Source: Phycisphaerales bacterium
Lineage (GTDB): Bacteria; Planctomycetota; Phycisphaerae; Phycisphaerales; UBA1924
Assembly (NCBI GenBank): GCA_049317625.1
Contig: JBMOHX010000001.1
Coordinates: 1-31,993, forward strand
DNA: 31,993 nt
Direction: 5' to 3'
The position numbers were made by a program, and so were the translations under genes. Below, in pieces: positions 23,323 through 31,064 of this stretch; within the stretch, counting starts at the first letter, position 1; the number at the start of each line of letters is the position of its first letter. The notes beneath the pieces were generated by a model, which saw nothing but the letters and a program-made list of their open reading frames with translations, was not told the DNA's origin and made no database searches.

Positions 23323-24470
23323 ACGCTCCAGGCGCGCAACGGGCGTTCGTCTTTGCTGGTGGCGGAACCGGCGGCCATATCTTCCCCGCGCTCGCGATCG
23401 CCGAGCACATCGCGGCGCTCGACCCCGCGGCGGCGCTCTCGTTCGTGTGCTCGACCCGCGAGATCGACCGCTCGATCCTGAGCCAGGAACGGATCGCGGG
23501 CCAGTCGGCGAGTTTCACGCCGCTGGATGCGAGGCCCTTTGGTCTGAGCCCACGGACCCTTACGAGGTTCGTATTGAACTGGGGCGCTTCGCTGCGGGCC
23601 TCGCGCGAACTGCTGCGCCGGGTGAAGGCCGGTCACGCTCGGACCATGCTGGTGGCGATGGGTGGCTTCGTCGCCGCGCCGATGGCCCAGGCGGCGCGGG
23701 TTGAAGGCGTCCCGATCGTGCTGGTGAATCTCGACGCGGTGCCGGGGCGGGCGAACCGCTGGATCGCGGCGAAGGCGAGGTCGGTGGTGACGTCCGCGCC
23801 GCTGGCAACGAACGCGCGGGTAGGGGGCGGGTGGACGCTGGTGCCACCGATTGTTCGAGCGGGGGCGGTATGCGCCGACTCCCCTGGCGCGTGCCGGGTC
23901 GCCCTGGGTCTGAGCCCGGATCGCCCGACGCTATTGGTGACGGGGGCGAGCCAGGGTGCGGGCTCGATCAACGAGTTCATGATCGCGTTCGTGGGGCAAC
24001 GGGGGGACGTGATGCGGTCCGGCGGATGGCAGGTGATCCACCAGACGGGGAAAGCCGGAGAGGACGCCGTAAGGGCGGCGTATGAGGGCGCGGGGATTCC
24101 CGCGCGGGTGGCGGCCTTCTTCAGGGAAATGGGGATGGTGTGGAGAGCGGCGGATGTCGCGGTGAGCCGTTCCGGGGCCGGGAGCGTGGCGGAAGCATGG
24201 GCCAACGCGGTGCCGAGCCTGTTCCTGCCGTACCCTTTCCACAAAGACGATCACCAGCGTCACAACGCGAGCTCGCTGCTGCGGGCGGGCGCGGCGCACG
24301 TTGAAACGGACTTCGTTACTCCAGAGAAGAATCTCGAGCGAGCGGGCGTGACATTAGAATCGTTCCTCAGTCGAGCGGAGCTTCGGGAGTCGATGAAGCG
24401 GGGGCTTGCGACCCTGGGTCCCGCCGACGGGGCGGCGCGGGTTGCCGCGGCACTTTTGCACGAAAACTAG
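23319..24470 (+). CDS. murG: Undecaprenyl-PP-MurNAc-pentapeptide GlcNAc transferase MurG
   Basis: AGGGTGGHIFPALA, GGFVAAP, NLDAVPGRANR, GASQGA, SRSGAGSVAE, PYP..KDDHQRHNA; ATGA overlap with the ftsW stop. Confidence 0.95.
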   Translation: MNAPGAQRAFVFAGGGTGGHIFPALAIAEHIAALDPAAALSFVCSTREIDRSILSQERIAGQSASFTPLDARPFGLSPRTLTRFVLNWGASLRASRELLRRVKAGHARTMLVAMGGFVAAPMAQAARVEGVPIVLVNLDAVPGRANRWIAAKARSVVTSAPLATNARVGGGWTLVPPIVRAGAVCADSPGACRVALGLSPDRPTLLVTGASQGAGSINEFMIAFVGQRGDVMRSGGWQVIHQTGKAGEDAVRAAYEGAGIPARVAAFFREMGMVWRAADVAVSRSGAGSVAEAWANAVPSLFLPYPFHKDDHQRHNASSLLRAGAAHVETDFVTPEKNLERAGVTLESFLSRAELRESMKRGLATLGPADGAARVAAALLHEN

Positions 24471-24514
24471 GGATTTTGAGCGACGAGCAGCGGGGCTCTT
24501 CGTAGGATGACGGT

Positions 24515-25093
24515 ATGAGCGCGGGCACGTCCAAGGCCTCCATGAAGTCAACGCGTTGTGTGATCTGGCATCCGAGGCGACAGCCCGTCGATCCTGAGTT
24601 GATCGGCGCGTTGCGCACGAAGTCGATCGAACTGAGTCAGCGCGCTGACAACGAGTTCGCGGCGTTCGCCGCCGTGTGCACGCTCGCGAAAGCCGCGGAT
24701 GCGCCGCGCAACTCGGTCGTGCTGCTGATCGTTGAGCCTCGCTCGCACCCGTCGGCTGGATCGCTCACGAGGCTCATGCAGAAGTACCCGTTGAACGCGG
24801 CGGTGTGGGTCTACGACCGGACGACGTCGCCCCGGCTCCGCGCCGCCTCGCCCCGCGATTTCGGTGAAGCCTCGTCTCCGGCGCCGGCTCCCGTGCTCAG
24901 GAGCGTCGAGGTCCCCAAGCTGCGGCTCGCGGGCGACGAGCAGGGCCCGTTGGAACAGGGCCCGTTGGAACAGGGCCCGATGGAAAAGGTTTCGATGGTG
25001 CAGGCGCGGCCTCAGCCGACCCAGCCCGCCCACCTGCTCACCGACGAAGAACTCGCTCTGCTTTTGGCAACCGACCCCAGGCGCGAGTTGTAA
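24515..25093 (+). CDS. Hypothetical protein: possible pseudo-receiver domain, low-complexity linker, C-terminal LLTDEELALLL helix
   Basis: Fills the gap between murG and the GGDEF gene; TAGGAT (24503-24508) 6 nt before ATG; alternating beta/alpha pattern with no receiver DD/D/K residues. Confidence 0.65.
   Translation: MSAGTSKASMKSTRCVIWHPRRQPVDPELIGALRTKSIELSQRADNEFAAFAAVCTLAKAADAPRNSVVLLIVEPRSHPSAGSLTRLMQKYPLNAAVWVYDRTTSPRLRAASPRDFGEASSPAPAPVLRSVEVPKLRLAGDEQGPLEQGPLEQGPMEKVSMVQARPQPTQPAHLLTDEELALLLATDPRREL
24941..24985 (+). repeat. 15-bp coding tandem repeat x3 (QGPLE QGPLE QGPME)
   Basis: CAGGGCCCGTTGGAA x2 then CAGGGCCCGATGGAA. Confidence 0.95.
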
Positions 25094-25108
25094 GTTCTCG
25101 GACCTCTC

Positions 25109-26596
25109 ATGACACCTCGCGGCGCACCATTGGATCGTACCCTCTTTCCGTCGAATCGACGAAACGGTGTGACCGTGTCGTCGAGCTCGGCGAAGGACGT
25201 CGTCGCCATGGGTGGGCTTGGTGATGTCAGCTCGAAGGTCACGCGGGTTGTGCTCGTCGGCAGGACGGGCATCGACTCGGCGCTGCGGGCGGACTCCTCG
25301 CTCATGCTGGTGCGCGTTCACTCAGCGCTGGATGCCATCGGCGAAGTCGCTTTCCCGGTGAGCGAGTCGGAGCTCTCACCGGTGGTCGTCCTCGCCCGCG
25401 AAGTGCAGGCCGAGCTTTGCGGTGCCTCGCAGAGTTCCGCCGCGGGAGGGCGGCTCGGCGAGTTTGTCGAGAGCCTCCGCGGGCTCTGCCCCGGTGTGCG
25501 CGTCGTCGCGATGAGTGACGGCGGCCCGCTGCCGTTCAGCGTTCTCTTCGACGCGATCGTTCCCTCGGAAGCGCACGCCGAGAGTGTGCGTTCTTTGCTC
25601 GCAGTGCCGAATCAGGTCCCGGTACCGAGTCAGGTCGCGGTCCCCAATCAGGTCGCCGTCGCCAAGGCCGCGTCGGTGGTGGACCCTGTGTTCGAACCCA
25701 AGGTCGAGTCGCTGGCGGGACAGGAGCCCCCGCTGGTGGAGGTGCGCCGTCCCGAGACCTCGCCGCGCGCCGGGGCGTGCGGCGACACGGCGCTGGTCGC
25801 GCTGGTGCTCAAGGGGCTTGATCCGCTCCCCGCTGCGGTGGAGATCCTGCGTGACCGTTGCGGGGATGTGAGCATCCAGTTCCACCGTTCGCGCGAGGGG
25901 TCTTCGGCGCGTGGTGTCGCGGTGTCGTGGGACGGGGGCGAGCTGGGTTGCCTCACCTCCGAGCGCACGCCCGTGAGCGTGCTGGCGGGGCACGCGAAGT
26001 GGTTGGCGGGTTGGCTGCGGCTGCACGGCCAGCACACGCAGCTGCGCGACGCGGCGTTCCGGGACCACCTCACCGGCGCGTGGAACCGCAGGTACTTCGA
26101 GCGGTTTCTCGGCGCTGCGGTGGATCAGGCCCGGTCTCAGCGCCAGCAGCTCTCGGTGATGGTGATCGACATCGACAACTTCAAGCAGTACAACGATCAG
26201 CACGGCCACGAGGCGGGCGACAAGATCCTCTGCGAGATCGTCGGGCTGCTGACGAGCGTCATCCGTCCGTCGGACCGTGTCTGCCGGCTCGGCGGCGATG
26301 AGTTCGTTGTGGTCTTCCACGATCCCGAGGGGCCGCGGCAGGAGGGGAGCAAGCACCCCGCCGACGTGCACCAGATCGCGCGCCGGTTCCAGGATCAGGT
26401 CTCGCACCACCGCTTCCCCAGGCTGTCGGATCGCAGCGCGGGAACGCTGACCGTGTCGGGCGGACTGGCCACATTCCCTTGGGACGGCTCGACGACCGAC
26501 CAGCTCCTGGCCCGCGCCGACGAGCTCGCGATGCAGGGCAAGCGTCAGGGGAAGAACATGATCACGTTCGGTCCGGGCCCGGGCGGCCCCGGCTGA
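25109..26596 (+). CDS. Diguanylate cyclase (GGDEF) with degenerate N-terminal receiver-like region
   Basis: DHLTGAWNRRYF, DIDNFKQYNDQHGHEAGD, I-site RPSD five residues before GGDEF, LTVSGGLA. Start uncertain (25109 or ATG 25208). Confidence 0.9.
   Translation: MTPRGAPLDRTLFPSNRRNGVTVSSSSAKDVVAMGGLGDVSSKVTRVVLVGRTGIDSALRADSSLMLVRVHSALDAIGEVAFPVSESELSPVVVLAREVQAELCGASQSSAAGGRLGEFVESLRGLCPGVRVVAMSDGGPLPFSVLFDAIVPSEAHAESVRSLLAVPNQVPVPSQVAVPNQVAVAKAASVVDPVFEPKVESLAGQEPPLVEVRRPETSPRAGACGDTALVALVLKGLDPLPAAVEILRDRCGDVSIQFHRSREGSSARGVAVSWDGGELGCLTSERTPVSVLAGHAKWLAGWLRLHGQHTQLRDAAFRDHLTGAWNRRYFERFLGAAVDQARSQRQQLSVMVIDIDNFKQYNDQHGHEAGDKILCEIVGLLTSVIRPSDRVCRLGGDEFVVVFHDPEGPRQEGSKHPADVHQIARRFQDQVSHHRFPRLSDRSAGTLTVSGGLATFPWDGSTTDQLLARADELAMQGKRQGKNMITFGPGPGGPG
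25604..25657 (+). repeat. 18-bp degenerate coding repeat x3 (VPNQVP VPSQVA VPNQVA)
   Basis: GTGCCGAATCAGGTCCCG / GTACCGAGTCAGGTCGCG / GTCCCCAATCAGGTCGCC in the linker of the diguanylate cyclase. Confidence 0.85.
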
Positions 26597-26598
26597 TC

Positions 26599-26640
26599 GG
26601 GCTCGACGAGGGCTCGACGAGGGCTCGACGAGGGCTCGAC
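26599..26640 (+). repeat. Intergenic perfect 11-bp tandem repeat (GGGCTCGACGA x3.8)
   Basis: Three full copies plus 9 nt, ending 2 nt before a TATCAT hexamer (26643-26648). Confidence 0.95.
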
Positions 26641-26657
26641 CGTATCATGTTGAACGC

Positions 26658-27023
26658 GTGGAGACTCCGGCTCATTCCGTCAACTGCACACGGTGCGGCT
26701 ACGACCTTTCGGGCCAGACACTGACCCATGCGCCCGGTGTCCGCTGCCCCGAGTGCGGCGAGCCGGACGCCGCGGCGGAAAGGCCAGCGCCCGGCCCGCG
26801 TTTCCTCGCGTCGCGGGTGCTGCTCTCGGGGTTCCTGTCGATGGGTGCGGCGATGGCGCTCGCGCTCAACGCGTCCTTCGCGGTGATCGTGTGCATCGCG
26901 GGGGCCGGGTACGTCGGGTGGGGCGCGGTGCGTCGGGCGACCCCGGTCGAGCGGGTGCTGATGACCCCGTTTCTGTTGTGGCCGGTGCCGTTCGCGGTGC
27001 ATTGGATGCTGCGCGGCCGGTGA
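26658..27023 (+). CDS. Small zinc-ribbon membrane protein (CxxCGYDL...CPECG plus about 3 TM helices), 121 aa
   Basis: CTRCGYDLSGQ...RCPECG, then hydrophobic segments; paralogue at 31065-31460. Confidence 0.75.
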   Translation: METPAHSVNCTRCGYDLSGQTLTHAPGVRCPECGEPDAAAERPAPGPRFLASRVLLSGFLSMGAAMALALNASFAVIVCIAGAGYVGWGAVRRATPVERVLMTPFLLWPVPFAVHWMLRGR

Positions 27024-27028
27024 GTGGA

Positions 27029-29044
27029 CTACTTCTTTTCGATGACCACGCGGGGTGAGCCGTGGACTTCGCCGATCCACGTCTCGCGCTCGCCGAGTGA
27101 GCCCTGCACGCGCTGGCCGATGCGGCGTTCCATGTTCGTCATGAAGACGGTCGCGGGCTTGGCCGACGCGTGGCGCGTTGGGGTGAAGGAGTCTCCCGTG
27201 TACAGCGCACCTCGCGCGAGTTCGACGGCGTCGATGCGGCCCTTGAAGAACGAGTTGGGTTCGCCGTTTCCGCCCACGTCGGCGCCGACGACGAGCGGGA
27301 GCTTGTTGGTCTTGCGGACGCCTTCGCCGGGCGTGCGTCCGACGACCTTGCCGTCGATGTAGAGGCGGACCTCCTTGCCGTCGAAGACGCCGGCGACGTG
27401 ATACCAGGTCCCGGGTGTGAGGGTGCCTTCGGGCGCCCGCGCGACCGCGTACGCCGAGCCGAGGAAGACGGAGAACTCAGGGCGGCCGTTGCTGACGAAG
27501 ATCCCGTAGTCGGACGATTCGGTCTTGCAGATCAGGCCGGCGCGATCGCCGAAGTCGTCGGCGTTCATCCAGCATTGAATGGTGAAGGGGCCGTCGTCGA
27601 GCCGGCACTGGCCCTGCGGGATCATCAGCGCATCGTCGCCGTCGAGGCGGAGCACGGTTTCGTCTTTGAGAGGGGGGAACTCGACCGAGTCGAGGGCCAC
27701 CGGGATCTCTGACTCGAAGTTGGGGAGCGGGTATCGGGCGGTGGGCATGAGCACGTCGGCGTCGATCGAGGCGACCGGGGGGTAGTACGACGAGTCGATG
27801 CCGCCCGACTCGCGCGCGAGGACGAACTCCATGACCGCGGTCTTGCCGGGGGCGATCTTCTGGTGGGTGTGGTCGGGGGAGAGCATCCAGCGTGAATCGG
27901 GGCTCTGGGCCGAGACGGTGAGCTCGATCTCGTACGGCGTGACGTTGCGGTACTCGAGTTTCGCGGTGCCCGATACCGCCCCGTTGCTGGAGGCCTTCGC
28001 ACCCGAGCCGAAGCGTGGCCTCTCGCGCGACTGCTGGAGGCAGGCTTCCGTGAACTCGCCGGTGATCTCGCGGACGTTCTGGGCTTCACCGACCGGGATG
28101 CTCGCCATGGCGACCTGGTTCTTCCGGACGGTGATCAGCTCGTAGTGATGCAACCAACCCGCCGACGGCACGTCGCCCGACTGACCGCCGCCGACGGTGG
28201 CGAGGGTGACGTACTCGATGCCGTCCTTGGGGTCGTAACGCATGCGGTGGATGTGACCGGCGAAGACGGCGGTGACGTTGCCCGCGGAAACCAGCCGCTG
28301 GTGCACGCGGTCCCACTCGTTGCCGTAGCTGCCGCCGGTCCAGCGGGGGTGGTGCAGGAAGAGGAAGACGTGGTCCGCGTCCTTGGCCTTGGTGAGCACG
28401 CCGTCGAGCCAGGAGAACTGCTCCTCGCTCATCTTGTGATTCTCGGGTTTCCCGAAGTTCTTCTCGCCGGTCTGCGGGTTGGTCTCGTCGCTGTACAGCG
28501 CGATGAACCAGCTGTTCTTGTGCTCGAAGGCGTACCAGAGGGGACCGAAGTGCATTTCGTAGTCTTCGTCGTGCTCGAACTTGGGCTTGTCGGGTCCGCG
28601 CCAGTAGACGTCGTGGTTGCCCGCGACCGGGAACCACGGGCAGCGGAGTTCGTTCATGATGCTCTTGAACTCGCGCATCTGCTCCATCCAGGCGTCGCGC
28701 GCGTTGTAGCCGTTGATGAGGTCGCCGACGGTCATGACGAGGTCGGGCTCGAAGAGGTTGGTGTCGCGGACCGCGTCGGCGAGCACCTTCACGCCGTCCA
28801 CGGGGCCGCCGGTGCGGTCGCCGAAGACGGCGAACGTGAAGGAGTCCTTCTCTTCGGGGAGAGGGAGCACCACGTCGCTCTTGCGACTGGTGATGAACCG
28901 GAGCGGGCTCGGCGATTCGGTGGCGTGCTTGGGGTTGTGGTGGTGGACGTGGCGGTCGTGGCCGATGTTGTCCTTCGGCTGCTCCTGGGCCATCGAGGAC
29001 TGAGTCAGCAGCATCGCGAAGACGGCGAGAAGTCGGTTCGTCAT
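27029..29044 (-). CDS. Secreted calcineurin-like metallophosphoesterase with C-terminal LamG domain, 671 aa
   Basis: Signal peptide; motifs FGDRTGG, VGDLING, AGNHD, FLHHP, AGHIH; LamG motifs FTIQCW, WYHVAGVFDG..VRLYIDG, FKGRID. TACCCT (29051-29056) 6 nt before the ATG. Confidence 0.88.
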   Translation of the reverse strand: MTNRLLAVFAMLLTQSSMAQEQPKDNIGHDRHVHHHNPKHATESPSPLRFITSRKSDVVLPLPEEKDSFTFAVFGDRTGGPVDGVKVLADAVRDTNLFEPDLVMTVGDLINGYNARDAWMEQMREFKSIMNELRCPWFPVAGNHDVYWRGPDKPKFEHDEDYEMHFGPLWYAFEHKNSWFIALYSDETNPQTGEKNFGKPENHKMSEEQFSWLDGVLTKAKDADHVFLFLHHPRWTGGSYGNEWDRVHQRLVSAGNVTAVFAGHIHRMRYDPKDGIEYVTLATVGGGQSGDVPSAGWLHHYELITVRKNQVAMASIPVGEAQNVREITGEFTEACLQQSRERPRFGSGAKASSNGAVSGTAKLEYRNVTPYEIELTVSAQSPDSRWMLSPDHTHQKIAPGKTAVMEFVLARESGGIDSSYYPPVASIDADVLMPTARYPLPNFESEIPVALDSVEFPPLKDETVLRLDGDDALMIPQGQCRLDDGPFTIQCWMNADDFGDRAGLICKTESSDYGIFVSNGRPEFSVFLGSAYAVARAPEGTLTPGTWYHVAGVFDGKEVRLYIDGKVVGRTPGEGVRKTNKLPLVVGADVGGNGEPNSFFKGRIDAVELARGALYTGDSFTPTRHASAKPATVFMTNMERRIGQRVQGSLGERETWIGEVHGSPRVVIEKK

Positions 29045-29115
29045 GGGCGGAGGGTACCCGTGCCGCTTTGGACGAATGCAAAGACGGCGCGAAGGCTGGG
29101 CCCGACGCGGCTTCG

Positions 29116-29154
29116 AAAAACAAGACGGGCCCCGGATGTTCTCCGAGGCCCGCC
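29116..29154 (-). terminator. Rho-independent terminator after phoD
   Basis: On the minus strand: GGCGGGCCTCGGA-GAACA-TCCGGGGCCCGTC (13 bp, two G-U pairs), then TTGTTTTT. Confidence 0.85.
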
Positions 29155-29178
29155 AAGCGATGGTGAGACCGATTCAGA

Positions 29179-30903
29179 TCAGCGGCGGCGGCGACCCGCG
29201 AGGGCCAGCAGGCCGAAGGCGACCGCCCCGGCACCCGGTGCCGGGATCGCGTCCACGGTGAACTGCTGCATGATCTGGGGCTGCAGGGAAGCGACGATCT
29301 GGGGGTTGGCGAGGAGGAAGGCCTCGTCGTACCACGGCACGCCCCAGGTGGTCACGCGGAGCTGCTGGGTGAGGGGGTTCACGTCGAACTCGGTCCAGCC
29401 GAAGGTGTTGGTGGCGGTCCAGGTGCCCTGGAGCAGCTGGGCGGGGATGCCCGAGCCCTGGAGACCGAGCAGGTCGTAGCCCAGGGGCCCGAGCTGCGCG
29501 TTGATGAGGCCCTGGATATAGGCCTCCTGCTGCGCCACCGGGAGCGAGAGGTAGGTCTGGATCGGGATCGAACCCGGAAGGTTGAGCTGCGCGGCGAGGC
29601 CCGCGACGGTGGGCCCGAAGGGAGCCGAGTAGGCGCCCGAGCCGGTGGAGATCTCCCACGCGCCGCTCTGGATCTGCGGGGCGAAGGGAGCGCTGTTGTA
29701 GGTGAGGTTGTTCACGAGCGAGCCGTGGATGTCGGCGGTGACGAAGACCACGTTCTCGATGTTCTGCTCGTCGATGTAGCGGAGGAGGTTGTTCCGCTCG
29801 GCGGCGTATCCCTCGTAGCGGTCAGAGGCCGCGAGCACGCCGAGGTTCTGGGCGGGCTCGGGCATCATGACGAACTTCCAGGTCACGCCCGCGGCCTGCG
29901 AGGCGCTGAGGTCGGCCATGAGGCGGTCGAGCTGCGGATTACCGAGCATGGTGCGGCCGGGGGTGAAGGTGCTGGCGACGTAGCCGGGCCACGAGGCGGG
30001 GTTGGCGGGGTTCGCCGCGGGGAGTTCCTGATCGCGGAAGCTGCGGGCGTCGACGGAGAAGAACTGGGCGTCCTGGCCGTACTGCTGGGTGCGGTAGAGG
30101 TCGGGGCGGCCGTCGGTGCGGGCGTCGCCCGTGCCGGACCAGGTCCGCGACTCCATGGGGTGGTATTCCTGGAAGGCCTGGAGACCGTTGTTGTAGAGCT
30201 GCGTCTGGTTGATGAGACCGGTATTGGTCCCGAAGCGGGGGTCGGTCGACGCGGCGGCGCCGCCGGCGAAGTCGTTGGTGACTTCGTGGTCGTCGATCAC
30301 GGCGTACACCGAGGTGGACTGGCGGATGTCGCGGTGGATGTTGAGGCCGAGGTGCGAGGAGAGCACTTCGTTGTGCTTGGCGCGGTATTGGGCGAGGGTC
30401 TGGGCCTGACCCTGAACGGCGGGGGAGGAGACGTCGGCGTAGATGGTGTCGCCGAGGTTCATGAACATGTCGAGGTTCGCGCCCGCGACGTTGCGGAGGG
30501 AGGGGTACGGGGCGAGCTCGCCGCGCCAGTCGCCGGAGACGCCCATGCGGAAGCCGTTGCGGCCGACGGTGGTCGGGGTCTTGAAGGTGCCGGCGGAGCG
30601 GGCGCCGCTGGCGTCGGTAGCGCGGTAGTAGTACTGGCTGCCGGAGGAGAGGCCGGTGACGGGGGCCTTGACGGGGGCGGAGACGTCGGTGACGGCGACA
30701 TTCTGCGTGCGGATGATGTTGTTGAAGAGGGGGTCGGTGGAGACCTCGAAGGTCACGTTGCCGAGGCTCTCGCTGCGGGTCCAGAGGAGCGAGGAGTTCG
30801 CGGTGGTCTCACCGGCGGCGACGCCGTTGGACAACTGACCAAAGGCGCAGGGGGCCGCGAGGGCGAGCCCGGCGACGGCGACAAGACGGAACGCATTCTT
30901 CAT
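29179..30903 (-). CDS. phoD: Alkaline phosphatase D family protein with PEP-CTERM tail, 574 aa
   Basis: SD GGAGA; signal MKNAFRLVAVAGLALAAPCAFG; GVAAGE...LLWTR, LGDTIYAD, DDHEVTND, DARSFR, DRYEGY.AER, VTADIH; tail IPAPGAGAVAFGLLALAGRRRR. Confidence 0.9.
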   Translation of the reverse strand: MKNAFRLVAVAGLALAAPCAFGQLSNGVAAGETTANSSLLWTRSESLGNVTFEVSTDPLFNNIIRTQNVAVTDVSAPVKAPVTGLSSGSQYYYRATDASGARSAGTFKTPTTVGRNGFRMGVSGDWRGELAPYPSLRNVAGANLDMFMNLGDTIYADVSSPAVQGQAQTLAQYRAKHNEVLSSHLGLNIHRDIRQSTSVYAVIDDHEVTNDFAGGAAASTDPRFGTNTGLINQTQLYNNGLQAFQEYHPMESRTWSGTGDARTDGRPDLYRTQQYGQDAQFFSVDARSFRDQELPAANPANPASWPGYVASTFTPGRTMLGNPQLDRLMADLSASQAAGVTWKFVMMPEPAQNLGVLAASDRYEGYAAERNNLLRYIDEQNIENVVFVTADIHGSLVNNLTYNSAPFAPQIQSGAWEISTGSGAYSAPFGPTVAGLAAQLNLPGSIPIQTYLSLPVAQQEAYIQGLINAQLGPLGYDLLGLQGSGIPAQLLQGTWTATNTFGWTEFDVNPLTQQLRVTTWGVPWYDEAFLLANPQIVASLQPQIMQQFTVDAIPAPGAGAVAFGLLALAGRRRR

Positions 30904-31064
30904 TGCAATCTCTCCAGGGCGCGGAAGATGCCGCGCGGAGAAATCGTCACCTGCTCGAAAGGCCGTGTCGCTGGGCGCGCTGATCAAGATCGCGCAAAGC
31001 GAGCGCGGCGGTGTCTCTGAAATGTCGGCTCTGAACCAAGTCTTTGCGCGAGTCGTAGACTCTC

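Noticed and set aside
26599-26640. 11-bp repeat as a CRISPR array or pho box
   Set aside because: No spacers, and the unit does not resemble the CTGTCAT pho-box consensus. Kept only as a generic tandem repeat.
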